64,000 nucleotides of DNA, from the NCBI GenBank assembly GCA_963666315.2, contig CAXXHG010000008.1, positions 64,001 through 128,000 of the forward strand, in the 5' to 3' direction. Source of the DNA: Candidatus Binatia bacterium (GTDB taxonomy: Bacteria > Desulfobacterota > Binatia > Bin18). Within the stretch, counting starts at the first letter, position 1. The number at the start of each line of letters is the position of its first letter. The position numbers and the translations under genes were made by a program. The notes beneath the pieces were generated by a model. It did no database searches and had not been told where the DNA came from. It worked only from the letters and a program-made list of their open reading frames with translations. Below are positions 59,403 through 64,000 of the stretch, piece by piece.

Positions 59403-60614
59403 CTAATGCGACACCGCCGCGGCGGCTTTCTCTCCGACTAAGCGATCTTCATAAAAACGAGAAAAGGCGAATGGTTCAATCAACTGTGGCGTTTTGTTGG
59501 TGACTATCAGTTCTGCCACCGTCTTGCCCGCAGCAGGTCCGGCTTTGAAACCATACGTCCCCCAGCCGACATTGAGGATAAAACCCTGGACTTCCGGGAC
59601 CGTTCCAATAATGGGGCTGAAGTCCGGGGTCATATCGCAGATGCCGGCCCACTGGCGCAACACGCGGGCCTCTTCCAACATCGGAAAAAGCTCCAATGCA
59701 TGCGAGGCCATCATCTCCAGCGTGGGTAAGGTTGAGACCATATTATACGCCGCGTACGGGTCGATTTCCGCGCCGATGACAACCTCGCCGCGATCAGTCT
59801 GATTCACATAGACGTGCAAGGTTGCGGACACAATGACTTTGTCCAGAAAAGGTTTGAGCGGCTCGGTCACACATGCCTGCAGCGGATGCGAGACTATAGG
59901 GAGATCAACACCCACCATGCGGGCTATGGTCGAGCACCAGCCCGAGGTGGCATTCACGACGGTGCCGGTCGTTATCCGACCCCGGTTCGTTTGCACAGCG
60001 GTGACCTGACCACTCTCCGTCTCAATTGCCTGGACTTCCGTGTGGGGATGGATGTGGATGCCCATACGATCCGCGCCGCGAGCATAGCCCCAGACCACGG
60101 CGTCGTGCCGAATAATACCACCCGGCGGATGGTATAAGGCGGCTTGAATGGGAGCGTGGATGTCGGTGCTGACATCCATAGTCGGCACCAGGCTTTTGAT
60201 TTCTTCAGGAAAAAGTAGACGACTATCCACGTCGAGCAGCGCATTGGCTTCGGCTCGTACGCGCAAGCCTTCCACGCCAGTGTCGGTATGCGCCAGGGTC
60301 AGGTGGCCCTGCTGGGAAAACATGACGTTAAAATCGACTTCTTGGGAGAGGCCTTCGTATAGACGCAGGCTCTCCACGTAAAAGGGTATCGCCTCTGGTG
60401 TACGGTAGTTCGCCCGTAGAATAGCGGTATTGCGGCCACTATTACCGCTGCCCAGGTAACTCCGATCAACAACGGCGACGTTGGTCACGCCCTGTTTGCC
60501 TAGATAATAGGCTGTCGCCAGGCCATGCACCCCGGCACCAATGATCACCACATCATAGCGATCCTTGAGCGCGTGGCTGCGCCACATCTTTTGTTTACGA
60601 AAGAGCTGTAACAC
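59403..60614 (-). CDS. Sarcosine oxidase beta / N-methylglutamate dehydrogenase MgdA-like subunit
   Basis: GAGVHGLATAYYL, GNSGRNT, RHDAVVWGYA, LQACVTEP, GWGTYGFK, AAAVSH. Confidence 0.92.
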   Translation of the reverse strand: MLQLFRKQKMWRSHALKDRYDVVIIGAGVHGLATAYYLGKQGVTNVAVVDRSYLGSGNSGRNTAILRANYRTPEAIPFYVESLRLYEGLSQEVDFNVMFSQQGHLTLAHTDTGVEGLRVRAEANALLDVDSRLLFPEEIKSLVPTMDVSTDIHAPIQAALYHPPGGIIRHDAVVWGYARGADRMGIHIHPHTEVQAIETESGQVTAVQTNRGRITTGTVVNATSGWCSTIARMVGVDLPIVSHPLQACVTEPLKPFLDKVIVSATLHVYVNQTDRGEVVIGAEIDPYAAYNMVSTLPTLEMMASHALELFPMLEEARVLRQWAGICDMTPDFSPIIGTVPEVQGFILNVGWGTYGFKAGPAAGKTVAELIVTNKTPQLIEPFAFSRFYEDRLVGEKAAAAVSH

Positions 60615-60650
60615 GACTTATCCTTCTCCTTACTCCTTGCCACTTACCGC

Positions 60651-61385
60651 TTACAACTGGCGCACGGCAGCTACGCCGAACGGGACAACGCCAAATTCTT
60701 GTCCCGCATCGCGGAGCGTCTGCCATAGATACTCTCCAAACTCTCTGCGACAATAGACCTCGTAAGCAAGCTGCGTCTTGACATCAGCCCGCAGCACAAG
60801 CGCGTGGACCTTGGCAATGTCGCCCTGAGCGCAGCGGAGATTTGAGAAGGCCGTCGGGTTCAGATCGAGTGCGGTCAGCTTGCGTAAGAGATCATAGCCC
60901 TGAGGACCAATAATCTGTACGGCCGTAAAACTCGAGGTGACATCGGTCATATGGATACAGCTTTCGTCTGGTAGGGGCTCTTGTGACGCTGAGAGTAGCT
61001 GAGCAACCGCCCCCGCCGTGCCCGGCGCTGTGATCAGCATAACGTGATCCCGAGTCAAACAGCACAGCAGTCCGTCTCGCCCGGAGTCGCCAGCTAGTGT
61101 CTCAGAGCTGACAGGCACGACTTGGCCTACCATTTCCATCTGGGGATCCGCATTCAGAGCTAGCATCCGAACCAAAACCGAGAGAGTGTCTTTTCCTTTG
61201 ACGTCGAATTTTGTAACCGCACTCGCATCGCGCAGGCCCACGCCCTCACGAATGGCTTGGACTTCGTCTTCAACTGCGGTGTAGTATTCCGGACGCTGCC
61301 AGCCATGTTCTTCCACCATCTCGGCGCCTGACTCAAGATGGTAGTGATACAATGCCGAACGTCGGATGATCAGTGAACCCGCCAT
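60651..61385 (-). CDS. Sarcosine oxidase gamma-like / GcvT folate-binding domain protein
   Basis: GWQRP..Y..E..A.REGVGL.D, TDVTS....GP, YLW..L.DAG.EFG. Confidence 0.75.
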   Translation of the reverse strand: MAGSLIIRRSALYHYHLESGAEMVEEHGWQRPEYYTAVEDEVQAIREGVGLRDASAVTKFDVKGKDTLSVLVRMLALNADPQMEMVGQVVPVSSETLAGDSGRDGLLCCLTRDHVMLITAPGTAGAVAQLLSASQEPLPDESCIHMTDVTSSFTAVQIIGPQGYDLLRKLTALDLNPTAFSNLRCAQGDIAKVHALVLRADVKTQLAYEVYCRREFGEYLWQTLRDAGQEFGVVPFGVAAVRQL

Positions 61386-61397
61386 ATCTTTCCTGTC

Positions 61398-64000
61398 TTA
61401 CGCTCGCACGCGCTTGCCTTGAGGATCATAAAACGTCTCGTTGACGATATCCGCTTGCGTGAGCTCGCCGTTGATACGAATCTGAAAAGGGCCATCTTGG
61501 CTTGCCAGCTCAATAGGAACCCAGGCCAAGCCGATACATGTACCTACGGATGGACTGAAGCGTGCACTGGCGACTCTGCCCACCGGCTTGCCGTTCAGCA
61601 CGACGGCCTGACCGCCTTCCGCAACACCCGAGTCGCGCAGTCTGAAACCAACCAGCTTCTGACGCAGTCCACGCTCTTGAACGGCCTGCAGCGCCTGTTT
61701 GCCAATAAAATCGTCTTTGTTGAACTTGACGACCCACGCCAGGTCGGCTTCGAGCGGGTTAGACAGGGCGTCGGTATCCTGGCCGACAATCAGATGCTTT
61801 TTCTCCAAGCGTAATATGCGCTGCGCTTCAACGCCAAACGGTGCAATATCGAATTCCTGGCCGGCGGCCAGCAGCGCGTCCCACACCAGCTCGCCGCACT
61901 CAGCCGGAACATGGACTTCCCAGCCTGTCTCGCCAACAAATCCGATACGCAGCAGGAGTGCGGATACGCCTGCCACTTCAGTTTGGGCACAAGCCATATA
62001 CGGAAACGCATCCGAAGAGAGATCGACGTCGGTTATCCGACTGAGGACCTGTCGAGCCTGCGGACCGGCAATATTCATGGCTGCCAGCCCGCCCGTGACG
62101 TTGGTGACATGGGCGCACAGATCCGTACCCGCCGTCCACCACTTGAGCCACTGTTCAACAAATTCGATATTGCCGGTCGTGGTAGTCAAAAAGAAATGAT
62201 TGTCGGCCAAGCGCGAGACTGTGCCGTCGTCGACAATGATCCCGGCGTCATCGCACATCACGCCGTAGCGGATGCGTCCTATACGCAGAGAAGAAAACGT
62301 ATGCGTATATACCTTGTCGAGGAGCTGGGCGGCGTCTTTGCCCTTGACCTCCAGTTTGCCCAAGGTGCTGACATCGATAATGCCGACCCGTTCGCGCACA
62401 GCGCGGTACTCTTCAGCCGGTGTCGTATACGCGTAGGGGCGTTTCCAATTGCTCAGCAGCATCATCTGCGCGCCGAGAACAATATGCCGATGATGCAGCG
62501 GAGTATGTTTTTCGGGTTGATAGTTGCGGCCGGCGAGTACACCCAGGGGAACGGGTTTAATGGGCGGACGCGCTGTTGTGGTGCGTGCCGCGGCAAGACC
62601 AGCGCCTGAATATTTGGCACAGATGCGTAGCGACGAAGTGGCGCACATACGGCCCTGACACGGTCCCATGGAGAACGTGCTATAGCGCTTGAGGGTTTCC
62701 ACTTCGTCAAAGCCTTCGGCAACGCCGTGCGCGAGGTCTTTTTGTGTAACATCTTCACACACACACACAAACTGCTTTTTTTCCGCTGGCATAGTACGAG
62801 GCCGTACATACGGCTCAACCTGCTGCCGATAGTCCTGCTCCAGGGCTGCGAGTTCTTCAAGTTCTTTTTGAGCGGATGCAAGCTGGGACTGTTCGGCTTC
62901 CGCTTTTGCCTGGCCGCTGCGGCCGGCCGCTTGTCGACCGGCTAGACGGCCTTGGAGTAGAGTCGCCGCGAGATGATGAATTCCGGTGACATCGCCGGCA
63001 CAAAAGACGTGTGACGGAAGCTGTTGCGGCACCATCTCTGCGAGCGCCTCGTCATACTGCAGTTCGCCTCCGCTCTGGGCAATCAGCGCTCCGGCTGGAG
63101 CTCGGTCGCTAGAGACACACAGCAGGTCACATGAAATAAAACGGCTCGCCCTCGGAAAGGCGTTGTGCTGGGCGTCATGCGGAACGACGCGGACGCCTTC
63201 TAGCTGCGCGCGCCCGTGGGCTGCTTGAATGGTATACGAGGTGAGCAATTCGACTCCGCCGGCTCGCAGCTGCTTGGCGGCTGCACGCGCTTCCGGCAGA
63301 CGAAAGCGCGAGTCGACCACGGCGGCAATCTGTACCCCGGCATCCAGCAGTTCGCACGCCAGAGCCAAGCCCGCTTCGTCATGACTAACCACGACGGCCC
63401 GCCGACCAGGCGCGAGCCCGTATAGATGCAGCAGGCGCCGCACGCCACTGCCTAACATGACCCCCGGTAGATCGTTGTTGTGAAAGACGGGAGGGTACTC
63501 GTAACTGCCGGTGGCAATAATCAGATGCTGAGTGCGCACATGAATCAGCCGCTTGGCCTGCATGACGCCTAGCAAACCTGCTTCATAAGCGCCAAAAACA
63601 GTCGCCGACTGGATGAGTTCAATATTCGGCTGGGCGCGGACTTGCTCGGATAATCTGCGGGCAATGTCGAATCCAGCCAAACCACTGTATTCGCCAATGC
63701 CCTGATAAGAGGTGGTCTGAGATCGCAAATGGCCGCCGAGTTCTAGCTGATCGTCAATCAACGTAACCCGAACTCCAAGCCGCGCGGCCTCATATGCTGC
63801 GCTCAAACCCGCAGGCCCAGCGCCGACCACGGTAAGCTGAGTGTGGCGGTATTGGTGATCATAGCCAGCCTGTGGCTTGGCGTGTGGATCGATTTTTCCC
63901 AGGCCCGCCGCGCGGCGCAGAAATTTTTCGGCCAGCGGCCACATAAAGCGGGGGCGAATAAAGGTCTTATAATAAAATCCAACCGGCAGCAGCCAATCGA
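61398..64000 (-). CDS. Sarcosine oxidase alpha / MgdC-like subunit (5' end outside window)
   Basis: LPVGFYYKTF at the window edge, GAGPAG, NDLPG, CVCEDV..MGPCQG..C, DVSTLGK, DDG, GFVGETGWE. Confidence 0.92.
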   Translation of the reverse strand, partial: DWLLPVGFYYKTFIRPRFMWPLAEKFLRRAAGLGKIDPHAKPQAGYDHQYRHTQLTVVGAGPAGLSAAYEAARLGVRVTLIDDQLELGGHLRSQTTSYQGIGEYSGLAGFDIARRLSEQVRAQPNIELIQSATVFGAYEAGLLGVMQAKRLIHVRTQHLIIATGSYEYPPVFHNNDLPGVMLGSGVRRLLHLYGLAPGRRAVVVSHDEAGLALACELLDAGVQIAAVVDSRFRLPEARAAAKQLRAGGVELLTSYTIQAAHGRAQLEGVRVVPHDAQHNAFPRASRFISCDLLCVSSDRAPAGALIAQSGGELQYDEALAEMVPQQLPSHVFCAGDVTGIHHLAATLLQGRLAGRQAAGRSGQAKAEAEQSQLASAQKELEELAALEQDYRQQVEPYVRPRTMPAEKKQFVCVCEDVTQKDLAHGVAEGFDEVETLKRYSTFSMGPCQGRMCATSSLRICAKYSGAGLAAARTTTARPPIKPVPLGVLAGRNYQPEKHTPLHHRHIVLGAQMMLLSNWKRPYAYTTPAEEYRAVRERVGIIDVSTLGKLEVKGKDAAQLLDKVYTHTFSSLRIGRIRYGVMCDDAGIIVDDGTVSRLADNHFFLTTTTGNIEFVEQWLKWWTAGTDLCAHVTNVTGGLAAMNIAGPQARQVLSRITDVDLSSDAFPYMACAQTEVAGVSALLLRIGFVGETGWEVHVPAECGELVWDALLAAGQEFDIAPFGVEAQRILRLEKKHLIVGQDTDALSNPLEADLAWVVKFNKDDFIGKQALQAVQERGLRQKLVGFRLRDSGVAEGGQAVVLNGKPVGRVASARFSPSVGTCIGLAWVPIELASQDGPFQIRINGELTQADIVNETFYDPQGKRVRA

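Noticed and set aside
145-63448. Numerous antisense or alternate-frame ORFs (e.g. 844-1455, 2014-2652, 43448-44227, 53723-54448, 61911-62609)
   Set aside because: They are shadows of well-supported genes, expected at this GC content, and show no family motifs.
1-64000. rRNA, tRNA, integrase, transposase or prophage genes
   Set aside because: No such signatures were recognised by eye. A covariance-model scan would be needed to exclude small ncRNAs.

Overview
Gene-dense bacterial window of roughly 55% GC (estimated by eye). The gene content is most consistent with a deltaproteobacteria-like lineage such as Ca. Binatota (inference): several LLM/Rieske oxidoreductases, a DUF1329-like protein, a DMFase, and an N-methylglutamate methylamine pathway. 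Left part: dnaE-hflX-CDP-alcohol phosphatidyltransferase, then an unusual ferritin-like di-iron protein / divergent class I HMG-CoA reductase / DAG-kinase-like cassette, then rnhB, pdhC-lpdA-lipB-lipA. A scar zone follows (internally deleted HMG-CoA lyase, composite REP, truncated membrane protein, decayed TA pair), then an AIR-synthase-like gene, an M16 peptidase pair, a polyproline OmpA lipoprotein, pgk and lon. Right part is largely accessory and catabolic: LLM-Rieske-NTF2-formamidase operon, LRAT and SET domain genes, 5'-3' exonuclease, GrpB, DUF5989/SGNH, msrA, acyl-CoA dehydrogenase, 2OG-Fe(II) oxygenase with two-subunit DMFase, Mo-oxidoreductase, a decaying MerR/metal-binding module with a SoxR-type 19-bp promoter, a CDF transporter, a lipase, higBA, and gmaS with sarcosine-oxidase/NMG-dehydrogenase genes. 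Several genes carry single-base frameshifts in homopolymers, which may be assembly error. I found no rRNA, tRNA, CRISPR array or transposase. The strongest candidate for an undescribed system is the di-iron + HMGR-like reductase + lipid kinase cassette (4589-7634). All calls come from motif recognition by eye; no database searches were run.
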